From Lama glama (lineage: Eukaryota), in NCBI GenBank assembly GCA_028534125.1, contig CM052841.1, positions 59,272,001 to 59,336,000 on the forward strand: a stretch of DNA of 64,000 nt, given 5' to 3'. How positions within the stretch are numbered: the first letter of the stretch is position 1; each line of letters opens with the position of its first letter. The position numbers and the translations under genes were made by a program. Positions 24,049-35,470 of this stretch are shown here, piece by piece. The notes below the pieces were generated by a model that was not told where the DNA came from, ran no database searches, and saw only the letters and a program-made list of their open reading frames with translations.

Positions 24049-27000
24049 ATGCTCCTGCTTAAAAAAAAAAAGGATTTGTCGATGCTGAGGCTTATGGTGG
24101 TTCAAACATTTTAAACTCAAATTAGCACAGGGTGGGGGGCGTTTGTGGCCTAATTTGATCTGACTTGGGGAAGAGAACTGGGTTTCTCTGAGCCTTCTGG
24201 GGCGGGGGTGTCCTGGGGTGGTCCAAAACACCCCCTCCCCCTACTGTATGTCTGGTCTGGTCCTGCCATTTGTTGGGAGGGTGGAATTGGGGTAGAGGTG
24301 ATGCAGGGACCTCAGCCATGTCCTTGGCTCCTGGTCCTGCCAGATTCCACCTGTGGTCCAGGGAGTTGCTCCCAGAAGCTCTTCCTCTCCGAGATCATGA
24401 GTCCTCCCTGGGCCCGCTACGTCCTCCCCGCCCCTCCACCCAAACTTTTCCACCTTTGGGGGAAAAACTAAGGGGCTCCCATAGTGGGAATGGGGGTGAG
24501 TTGTCAGAAATGGAGTCCGGTGTCCACAGCACAGCCTAGAAAGGGAGACGAGCCTGTTGTCTGGCACAAGCCCTTGGCAAACAACCCTGGGTGACTGGAC
24601 GGAAGACAGTAAAGTCAGGAGGCTGCAGGTCCGTCCACCTCACCGCTTTACTCTAGCCAGGGATGTTGGGTGAATGACTTATCTGAGCCTCTGTTTCCTC
24701 ATCTGTGAAATGGGGCTGTAAAGACTTAAGTGAGATGGTGTACTTTAAATATCCAGCACGCAGCCAACATCATGGGTGTTAAGCAAATGGTATGTCATTG
24801 ATCTTATTCTTAGAGTTTAAAATTCATTTTAGTTTTTATAGCGAAAGAGCCCAGGGTTAGAAATATGCCCAGCACAGACCCTCAGGGTTGGGGAGGGGCA
24901 GGGGGATGGGGATGTTGAGAACAATAGTTGAGAACTCCCTGGGCTGGTTCCCTGGGCCAGGTCCTCGCCAGGCTGGGCGCTGTGCACACCCTGCCCAGGT
25001 CATCCCCTGCTCCATTCTTCAGACATTCTACAATGCCAATAATAGTAGTAACAACAACAAACATGGAGCATTCATCTCCTAGGTGCCGGGCCCTCTTCTA
25101 AGGACTTTCACTTAGTAACATATTTAACCCCCGTCAACCCTCTGGAGGGGGTACTGTTTATCTCAGTTGTACTGACGAGGAAACTGAGGCCCATGGCTTG
25201 CCCACAAGTGTCAGAGGCAGGATTTGAACCCAAGCCCCAGGCCGCAGAGTCAGTGTCTCAACTGAGAGAGCCAGAGTGGCTGTCACCTCTGCCAGCCTGT
25301 GCCCAGGGGCTGTGTTTATTTCCCCCAGGAGGGAGTGTGGGGTCCCAGACATAACGGAATGGTAAGCCATAGATGAGCGGTTTCCAGAAAGGCCATCAGG
25401 ATGATGACTCTTGGAGCCACCATCCTACGAGCTGTTCAGGGCAGCCCTGCGTTTGCCCAGCGGTTCAGAGCTCCCCAGACCTCTTCACCAACATCTCCTG
25501 GAATCCTCTGGGAAGTCCAGGGCCGGCGTTTCTAACATTCCCCATGATGGGTGACCTCACTCTGCTGCAGGAGCAAGAGGGCCCAGCCAGGAGGGGAGGA
25601 AGGCCTCAACGGTGGCAGAAGGGAGAGGTCTGGCCTGTTACGGCAAGAACTCAGTTCAGCTTTTACTTTTCTACTCTGAGCCCTGAGTTAAATCGGGGTC
25701 AAGACTCTGCTGGCTCAGGCGGCTGCACCAGGGAGCCCTGTGTCCCACCATGACCGCCACCTGAGCAGAGGCCCCCCCTCCCCGGGGACAGGGCCCAGTC
25801 CTAACCCCTGTGAGAGCAGTGGCAGCCCCCTGAGCCTGCCCGGACTGTGCCCCCTCACCCCTGCGCTGCTGCCTGCAGAACCTGCCCCCTCCTCGGAGCT
25901 TTTCTCTAATTAGGTCGAATGGGTTGTGACAGGAAATGCAAATCTGGGTCATTGCATATGCAGATGTGCAGTGGAGTCTCGGCGATGCCAGCAGGTCGCC
26001 TGCATCCTCTGGGAGCTTCTGGGCGGCTGTGGAGCTGGGCAGCCTGGCCCCTCGAAAACATCCTGGGGTGGGCGGAGCATGCTGGGGACCCCAGTCTTGG
26101 GGGGAAGCAGCCCCGTGTCGGCAGAGCCAGGACCCCTAGAGAGCCCACCCTCCCACCCTTCACTGTCCCAGGGGATGCCGACGTGGGGCAGAGGGACCCT
26201 GCCCTGCATCACCAGCAGTGCAGCTGGCTCTCCATCCTCGGAGCCCAAGCCCCAGCTCCCACACTGGTGACTGTGCCTCCACTCCCTTATTCATAAAGTG
26301 GGATTACTAAGCCTTGTCTTACAAAGCTGTTAGGAGATCTAAGTCATAAACCTGTCTAAGCAGCTAGTATGGCAGCAGACACATAGTAGGTGCCTAACAC
26401 ACGAATTCCTGTCATTCTTTTCAGGAGAAAGTGTGGTTCCTTCAATTGTCAAGAAAGGTACCTTTTTCTGAGCGTGTGTGATTTCCGCTGCACCTGTAGA
26501 AGTGACAGTGGCTGGGTCACAAAGTCCCTTGTGCACCAGGCTGTTTTGAGCGCATTTCATCGTGTCATTCGACAAGCATGCCCTGAGCGCTCACTTTGGG
26601 CAGGTCCAAGCCTCAGTTCAGGGGGCACAGAGGGGACTAAGACAGGGGCCCACTTTCCATGATGCCCATGGTTAGGGGATAGGGTGGGTTTAGGGGGCTG
26701 AAGCAGGAAGTGGAGGCCTGGCTAGGTGTGGGGTTTTGAAGGAAAAGCAGAGGCAGCATCTGAGTTGGGCGGCCACATGGTCCAGGCTGAAGGATGTAGG
26801 CTGTAGAGTTCCCAGTCCCGGCTTCAGATCCCTGCCATTACTCACAGTAGGGTCTGGAACAGGTCACTGCCTCCCCTCCGAGCCTCAGTCTCCTGAAATG
26901 GAGATAGCAGTGATACCTGCTCACAGGAGCCTGGGAGGTGTTCTGCACCGTGCCCGGCACATAGTACGTGCTCACTAAATGCATGCTTGCCCGTCTTAGG

Positions 27001-28858
27001 TGGAAGTATATAGGTAGGTTTGTTCCTGTGACTACAGAACTTACCTGACAGAGACCAGCAGGTGTTGGTAAGAGCATTATCTTTCTCCTCCACCAGCCCT
27101 CCTGCCCACTCTGGTCCCCAGGCAGAGCATCTTCAAATCTGCCACAGGAGGTAATTATGCTTCAAGACTTTAGAGTCAGGGTGGGCCCAGCTGTTGTCTT
27201 GCCGAGGGGAGGAGGCAGCAGTGTTGCGAGGCCGCGTTCCATCTCTCACTCCTGGCAGGAGGGTGCCCGTTAGGATTTCCCTGGCACAGAGATGGGCCTC
27301 GGCTGGTACAGAAGGGCACGAGCAGAGGTGGGGAGGAGCCACTCAGAGCCACTCAGGGCCCCTCCAACCCCGCCACCTCCTCACTCCAGCCCCGCCCATG
27401 CCGGTCAGTAACAACCACAGAGGCCACTGAGCCCCTACTGTGTGCAGCTCAGCCATCTCACAGGACCCTCACAGCCACCCTGTGCACACGCATGCTTCTA
27501 TACCTCCCACTTATAGATGAAGAAACTGAGGCACTGGGTGGTTTGGGTAACAGCCCCAGGTCACCAGCCAGTGACCCAGGCCAACTGGCCCCGCACTCAA
27601 CTGCTGGTCACACAAGGGTTCCCAAGGCTCTTGCAGGGCTTATGGGCCTATTGTTGGCATTCCTGGTGGGGAGAATTCCAGAACACAGCCCAGTCAAATA
27701 CCTGATGCTCCACCCTCTCAGATGCTGGGCTCTGGTCCAAATCTGGAAGAGGCATTTTCACTTGGGAAAAGTTAGCAGCCTGCTCCTGCTGCAGTGTGGC
27801 TCTCAGTGTTTCTTGCCCTTCCCCTACTTCCCAAACTGAATGCTATAAACATTTCTGTCCACCTACTATGTGCAAGTCATCCAGCAACAACTGGAGACCG
27901 GTCTTCATGTCACCACCAGGTGGGGAGAGTCCCCAGTGTTGGCAAACCCCTGCCCCAGAGTGCAAGGTGGGAGCTGTAGCAGGAGGGAGGGCCCGTCCCA
28001 CCAGGCTGAGGCGAAGTATCCTGCCCCCTTCCCCACCCACTTCCAGGGCCCACCGTTGGCTTCCCCTCCTCTCCTCTTCCTGAGGAGGAAACACACTTTG
28101 CAGATGTGTTTTGGGGGTGGGGGAGTGCACCTGGCCACTGCTGCCTCATCTGTTGGTTCCGTCCCTGGGCAGGTCCTACAGCTTAACTGTGGCTTTCGTG
28201 CTGGCCCCTGGAGAGTCATCACGAAGTCTTCGGATTCTTCACATTGCCATAAAGGGGCAGTTTATCCAAAGAATGGGCTCAAAATGTAGGACTGCAAATT
28301 TAACCTGTGTGTTCTCACCTCTGAGATGGGAATGGCTACCCCGGGAGGGGAAGTGGCCCCTCTTATGATGACCTGCAGGGTCTGGGTTGGAGCCACACAT
28401 GATGGGCCGTGGGGCCAACGAGACCCCAAGGGGCCTCCCCAGGGATGTGTCACTTTGGAGGGTCGCTTCCTTCGATGTTTATTGCACCTGTCCTGCCGGC
28501 CGGCTCCAGCCAAGGCATAAAGGACTCAGGAGTGACCAAGGCAGGTGAGGCCTTTGCCCCACAGAGCCAGCCTTCCAGGGGCAGAGACAGGATTGAGCAT
28601 ATGAAGTGGTCAGATCCTGAGGGATGGTGACAAGGGCTGCGGGGGAAACCACACCAACAGCAGGCGGTTGTGGGATCACAGGAAGGCGGTGTGCAGAGCA
28701 CCGGGGGTGAGGGGGGCTCTGGTAGTGGGTGAGCAACCAGAGTCCCCCCTTCACCTTGGAGGGGTGCTGCCGGGGCTCTGGAAGGGCAGTGGGCCCTGGG
28801 GACCCGGCGCTCCACTCGGCCTGGCTGATCACTGATGCCCCCTGTCCGTCCCCTCCAG

Positions 28859-28999
28859 AGGCACCCAAACGCCCTGTCTTTTCGCTGCTCACTGGCTGAC
28901 TTCCAGATCGAGAAGAAGATTGGCCGAGGACAGTTCAGTGAGGTGTACAAGGCCACCTGCCTGCTGGACAGGAAGACAGTGGCTCTGAAGAAGGTGCAG
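28859..28999 (+). CDS. NEK6: NEK6 coding exon 2 (aa 31-77): Gly-rich loop GRGQFSEVY and catalytic lysine VALKK (K74)
   Basis: ctccag|AGG acceptor, CAG|gtgagc donor, 141 nt phase 0-0; RHPNALSFRCSLADFQIEKKIGRGQFSEVYKATCLLDRKTVALKKVQ. Confidence 0.97.
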
Positions 29000-30348
29000 G
29001 TGAGCCAGCAGCCCTGTGGGGTTGAAACCACATGATGGGAGCCGGCTCATGTCTGGACATCATTGCTCTGGGCTGGTCCCGTCCCTTCCCTGCCTTATCC
29101 TTACCCCCCGAACCCCGTAAACAAGGGAAATTAGCACCCACCCCACTCACTGGGCTATGGGATAATCAGGTGGACTTGTGCTTATGAAAGCTCACCGTGA
29201 ACCATAAAGGAGAAATATTAGCACACACTGAGCACCTGCTGTATACGGGGTCATGCTCGGAACTCGCAGAACCTTGACTGCAGCCCTGCAGAGGGATCAT
29301 CATTCCATTTTTCAGAGGAGGAAAACTGCAGAGATGTGGCTAGCTCACCAGGGCCAGAGGGAGCTAAGGGGGAGCTGAGACTCAGACCCGAGGCCAGCTG
29401 GCCCTCTCTGGTCGGTTCCGGGCTTGAGTGTCCTTCCCGACCTCCGACTCCCTCCTAAATGGAGGTGTGGGGTCGGGCAGATGGGTTTTAAGCAGCAAAA
29501 CCCGGCCAGGAAGCACTTTAGTGAGAGCCACTGCCCATTTCAGTGCTGCTGTGCTGCAGAAAATGGCTTTACATCCTCCAGGAGAGCCTCCAGGGTCCCT
29601 CGGTTTGCTCATTTACCTTAAAGAATGAGATCAACAGCCTGGGCAGAGGAGGCCCAGGAGAGAGGAGAGAGAAGACAGCTCAGATGCAGTCACGAGGTGG
29701 GGAAGTGGCCAGCACGACTGCTGATCTGTGAGCTGCGTGAGCAGCCGCAGGTGGCTGGAGGAGAGCTGGGCTCCTCTACTCAGGAGAGGCCTGTGTTCTG
29801 TTCTTTGTCTACCTGGGTTCCCTCTGTCCTGGTTTTTAGTGCCAGGATGGATTCTGTGGTGGGGCTGCTCCAGTGTCAACCTTCTCTGTTCCTGTAACTT
29901 AGAAGGTGCTGGGAGGACCCACATGGAGTGAACACTGTTGGGTTGGGGTGTCGGGGCACAGAGCTGTGTGCTGGACCCCCTCTTCTTACTCAGTCCACAT
30001 GACCGCCTTGTGAGATTGGCCCCATTTACAGAGGTGAAGACTGAGGCTCCAAGCTTGTTTCCTGTCCTGCCACTTACCAGTGCATGAACTCAGTAAGTCA
30101 CTGGACTTCTCTGGACCTCAGTCTCCTCCTCTGTAAGTCGGCAACAGTAACTCCTGGCTCATGGGAGTTGCCATGATGATTCGGTGTAAGTCAGTCAGCA
30201 CAGCGCCTGGCACACAACCATTGTCCCTTTAGGGTTCCCTCGAGGAGAAGGTGGGAGAACCTGGGCTGGAGTCCCAGTCCTTGTGCTCCCTCTGGGGGTG
30301 CTGGCTGCTGGGTTTTAACCGCTCTTCCTCTACTTCCTCTCACCCAAG

Positions 30349-30411
30349 ATATTTGAGATGATGGATGCCAAGGCCAGGCAGGACTGTGTCAAGGAGATCG
30401 GCCTCCTGAAG
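30349..30411 (+). CDS. NEK6: NEK6 coding exon 3 (aa 78-98, alphaC helix): IFEMMDAKARQDCVKEIGLLK
   Basis: Not in ORF track; read by hand. Pyrimidine tract + ccaag|ATA acceptor, AAG|gtgagt donor, 63 nt. Confidence 0.96.
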
Positions 30412-31264
30412 GTGAGTTCCTGGGCTGAGCGAGAGCCCCTCGCTTTCCTTGGGCCAGGCTGGATGCATCATGGCCGTCACAGCCGTTAGCCCGTTAGGTT
30501 CAGAAACGACCTACTTTGAGGGGCAGCAGCTCGTTCATTTTCTTGTGGTCAGGCGGGGACCCCACCTCACCTCTGCCCAGTCCTCGTGGTGCCCCCAGAC
30601 CAGCTGTCCTTGTCCCACATGGATCCTGGATGTAGCTGGCACGGAAGTCCTTGCCTCAAGGCACCCGGATCACACCGCGCCCAGTGGACCAGGCCACTGG
30701 GGAAGGAGTGAGGGTGGGTGTTGGGTTGGACTGCGGTTTGTCCATCTCCCTCTCTCTCCCATCCTCTTGCTCCCACCAGGAGATGCTCTCTGTTGGGGAG
30801 ACTCAGCAAAGCCAGCCTGGGGCGCTGGGCAGGGTTAACAGCCAAGCACATGGCCCCTGGTTCTGGATGCTGGAGGGACTGAGGGCCTCTGGGTTGTCAT
30901 CCTGTTGGGCTCTTGCCAGAGGAAGGAAGGATGCACAGCTGAGTCTGGGTCTCCCCAAGAGGGTAGCTGATGTACCCACCCTGCTGTGGGCAGAAGTCCG
31001 TGGTTCAGCCAGAGCTGGGCTGACTGAGCAGGGTTGTAGGAAGGACAGACTGGCCAGGGCCCATCTGGGGTGAGGGATGGCGGTGGTGTCTATGGTCAGC
31101 TCCTCCTGCCTCCCTGCTGGCTTCCCCATTGCTCTCCCCAGAGTCAGAGATGACGGAACTTTCCGGACCAGACCTAGCCCTGGCCTGGGGCTGCTCTCTC
31201 CTGGGGATCCCTCCCTACTCCCCAGGCTTAGGAGGGTGAGGTAGGAGGGACACAGGGGTGGGCT

Positions 31265-31480
31265 TTGGAGGCCTGGGAGCCTGGGTTCAAATACTGATGT
31301 CTTCATTTACAAGCTGTGTGACCTTAAGCAGGTGACTTAACCTCCCTGAGCCTCAGTCTGCTCATCTGCTCAATGGTGAGACTATCTGCCTCACAGATAA
31401 CGGGCAGATAGAGAGGATTAAATAAAATCATATCTGAAGAGGATCTGGCTCAGGAGAGCACACAGTAGGCACTCACTCTT
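31265..31480 (+). mobile_element. MIR SINE
   Basis: cctgggttcaaatactg ... gctgtgtgaccttaagcaggtgacttaacctccctgagcctcagt ... gaggattaaataaa. Confidence 0.8.
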
Positions 31481-33610
31481 CCTGCTCCCCCCCTGAGAAA
31501 CAGAGAGCGCTTGCTTGGCAGCTCTCTGTAAAGCGCAGCTGCTGGTGGCAGTCAGGCCTGTCCCCTCCATCGAGGACTCTCAGGCAGATGGGGGAACAGA
31601 TAGGCAGCAGATGGTGACTGTCTAGGGGCTGCCAGCTGACCCAGGGACCCCAGGGAGACCCTCCAGAGACCAGGGCCAGGTCTCAGAATCTGGAAGGCTG
31701 GGCTGAACCTACTTTGGGAACCCCAACAGCATGGACTTGGGGGCAGATCATGGTGGCCTCGAATGCCACACTCGGGATGCAAGGCTTGAACGTGGGAACG
31801 AGAGGGGGGCCCTGAAGTGGCTGAGAGTGAGGGGCCGCGGCCGGAGTTGTGAGCGCTTGCTTGGGCGGCCCCCGGCAGCAGTGGGTCCTGGGGGTGAGGC
31901 TGGAGGCCGGAGGCTCATGGGGAATGTTTTTAACTCCAGCTCTCACTGGTCCAAAATACCCTGCAAAGAACATTTTTAAAGTTCTACAAAATGGTCAACT
32001 TTGGGACCCAGCTGTAATCTCGGGGACTCTGATTACCCAGCCCTGGGGAGCAGCTGTGCTGGTCACACACCGTCTCCCCACTTGTGGCCAAGAACACACG
32101 TGTGCCCCTCATGGGAGTAAGGAATTCTACTCACGTGAGCCCTGAGCCAGCCTGCTTGGTCCCTGGGCACAGAAATGTGTGACCACATCCTCTCCAGTGA
32201 GGCCAGCCCCAGTGGCCTGAACTGGGTCCTACTGGGGACGGGGTCCTGACCACCCCCCCAGGCTGCAGTGTAGCCGGGTGCCAGTGCTTTGGAGGTGGAC
32301 ACACCCCTTGCTCACTAGCTGTGGGGCCACGAGCAAGCTGTTGACCACTCAGGGCCTCAGTTTCCTCATCTGTCAAAGGAGGTGATGCCAACAATGCTGT
32401 CCTCAGAGGTGCTGGAGGAATTAGTGAGCAGGTGCGTTGGAAGGGCTCACTGTAACCTCTGCTCAGAGGCAACCCTCGTTGCCATGGTTACACCCTCTGC
32501 CCCAGTGCCAGCCCCTTTCTGGAATTGGACTCAGCTTCCCAGCCTGCCCATGGGAAGTTGACAGGATGTGCCAGGGCACGAGGTGTTTCTACAAAACAAG
32601 GAAACATGGTTCTCCGAGGGGCCACTGGACGATGTCACCCATTGCATTCATGCCAGGACCCAAAACCAAGGACCTTCCAGTGCAGTGGCTGCCAGCCGTG
32701 GGGTAGGAAAGCGAGCCCTATAGGAACCTCCAGCGCTGGTTGAGGGGATGAACCAAAGGGGGATGGCATGGATATGTGATGTCTGCCAAGGTTCCGCCTC
32801 ATCTCAGGACCCAAGACTAGGCTCTGGGCGGCACACAGCATAGGTGCACCTGCCTCTCCCAGCACCTTCCAGGACTTTTGGAAAATGTGCTTTAAAGTGG
32901 CCTCTGGTTGTCAGCTGATTGACAGGAGCCCCTGTGGATGGGCCAACTGTGTTCAAGTCGCCTCTGCCTTCCCCAGATCCTGGAACCATTTTGGTGTAGG
33001 CAGTCAGTGTCAGTTATCAGCAGTTGGCAGGGTTCCTGTTAGCCAGGCAGGGGCTGACTGCAGTCAGTGGGGTGCGGTCCCATCTGGCAGACACTCAGGC
33101 CACGGTGGTCAGGCCAGAGGCAGGACTTCGGCGCTCAGCACCTCACTCAGGGCATCTCTCACACCAGAAATGAATTTTTTTCAAGATTTCACAAAGTGGG
33201 GATCAGAAATTGAGAAAGAGTGGGAAGGAAGAAAGCAGGAGATGGATACCTCTAAGTATTCCAGATCAACTCAGTGCAACGATGGAGCAGCAGGGGCCTG
33301 GCCCCACCCTGGAGGGGCCTAGGTGGTGGTGACGAGGAGGAGGGTCATTTCCATGAGTATCTATTGAGTCTTAGCTCCATGCAGTCACCATGTTAGACAT
33401 TTCAAGGGTGTCAGGCCAAATAATCCTTCACAATGGCTCACCAAATCATTATGCCCATTTTACAGAGGAGGAAACTGAGGCTTGGGGTGCAAAATGGCTT
33501 CCCCAGGTCTGCCTGACTCCCAAGCAGAGGACTTTCCCCCTAGACTCTCACCTCTCCAGCTGTACCATCTCTCACTGGCTCCGTCTCCCGCTTTTTCTCT
33601 CCTTGGGCAG

Positions 33611-33721
33611 CAACTGAACCATCCGAACATCATCAAGTATTTGGACTCATTCATTGAGGACAACGAGCTGAACATTGTGCTGGAGCTGGCGGATGCCGGC
33701 GACCTCTCGCAGATGATCAAG
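33611..33721 (+). CDS. NEK6: NEK6 coding exon 4 (aa 99-135): [37 protein letters not shown], includes Y108
   Basis: gggcag|CAA acceptor, AAG|gtgagg donor, 111 nt. Confidence 0.97.
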
Positions 33722-35129
33722 GTGAGGGTACCTGGTGGGAGAGCCGGGTCTGGGGGCTGCCCGGGGTCCAGTACTCCTGCTCGGCTGGAGTTCCTCGTGG
33801 CTCTGGCCACAGGCAGAGGTGGCCACTCGAGGACACTCAGCCCCCCTTGCCGGTGCCCTCAGGCCTCAGCTACGTCCTGGTGAGGCCCTCTCAGGCCCCA
33901 TCCCCACTTGCTAAAAGAAGGCCAGCCATGGACAGAAAGGACCCCTCTGCTGTCCTGCACTGCCCCAGACCACCCACGGGCTTGTGGGCCATTTCTGCCT
34001 TGCAGGAGGACTGGGGACAGAACACCATATAGGTCGGACCCTAGCTCACGAACTCCGGGGAAGTGTCTTGTGGCTCCAACTGCCTCATGTTATACAAGAA
34101 AAAACAGCTCAGAGAGGTTGAAAGACTTCCCTGAGGATCCCCAGCAATATGGGGACAGCCCCACGCCTGTGGCCCCGGTCACTGCTTCCAAGCCTGGGGC
34201 CTCCAGTGGACATTCCCTGAGGCCCTTGCTACCTTGAGAAGGCTGCATTCCCACGTAATGTCTGAGGCCGGTGGTCTCTGAGAAGCTGAGCCACATGCCA
34301 GGTCCCACAGGCAGACTCGGCACCAGGTCTGGCTCTTACTCTGCATACCCCAACAGCCCCCGCACTGGTCTGCCCACCTCGCCCCACCTCCCGGGGCGCA
34401 GGACCAGGTCTGCTGTGGGTCTGGATTCAGGGACCATCGCAGCTCCACCTACTGTGGGGCACCTGCTGTGAGCCACAACCATGCTGAGCCCGTGCATCCC
34501 TCCCTGAGTCTACACGAGCCGTAAATAGCAAAGCTCAGCCTCCAAGCGGGACCCCCAGGCCCAAGCCCTCAGCTCCACTCACTGCTCCTCCCTCAAGGTC
34601 CTCACTCCCCTACTGCCTTGACCATCATTTGCAGGCCTCCTCCCCCAGCCCAGTTTGTCACTGGGCCAGGCTGGGCCACACTGGAGCACCCCACCCCCAG
34701 CCACACTCACAAACGGGGCCTGAGATGGATTCTCTCATCTTTCCCACCAGGCACTGGGGATTGAGCAATTGCTCAGTGCTTGCTCTTCTGAAATTTGGCT
34801 CCTAGGAATACGGGCGTTGCTGGGAAGAGGCATTACTTGAGCTGTTATCACCTGCTTTTATATTTTCGTTGACATATTAATGCGTTTGCAGGGATGTTAA
34901 TCTCCGCACAGATCCCTGGTGGAAACAGATGTGCTATATCACGTCTTACTTCTTCCTCCCCCCGCCCTACACTTTGTTTCTGCGTCTCTCACCAAACATG
35001 CATGTGTCCAGCGCCCACTGTGTGGCTGCTGCCCACATGCTGAGACCTAGGGGTGCTGCTGGCCTGGGTGCTGTCCTCAGGGAACTCGCCTTCTAATGGA
35101 AGGGCAGACCTGCGAACAGGCAGTTAGGA

Positions 35130-35470
35130 GCTGGCACGAACAAGCCAAGTTCAGAGTCTGCAGGAGCCAGGGAAGGCTTCCTGGAGGAGGTGACACCAGA
35201 GGGGAGACTCCTAGTCTAGAGGCAGAACAGGTCGTGCCAGAGCCCAGAGGGTTGGAAACCCAGGTATCCACAAAGCACTTTGGCTCAAGAGCTCATTGAA
35301 CGAGGTGAGGGGTGGGGAGTGTGGGACCAAGAGTGGTTGGACCACCCAGGACCTTGTGTCCAGGCTCAGGATTTGGAACCTTGCCCCAAGGTCAGCAAGA
35401 GGCTTCCTGAGACTCATGACGGGGAGTAAACACAGTCAGCTTTTTGTTCTGGAAGAATGACTGGATGCTC
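35130..35470. mobile_element. L2 LINE fragment
   Basis: cagggaaggcttcctggaggaggtgaca, ggatttggaaccttgcccc, ttttgttctggaagaatgactgg. Confidence 0.5.

Noticed and set aside
23728-24231. ORFs spanning N runs (also near 41.9 kb and 59.2 kb)
   Set aside because: Artefacts of translating through gaps
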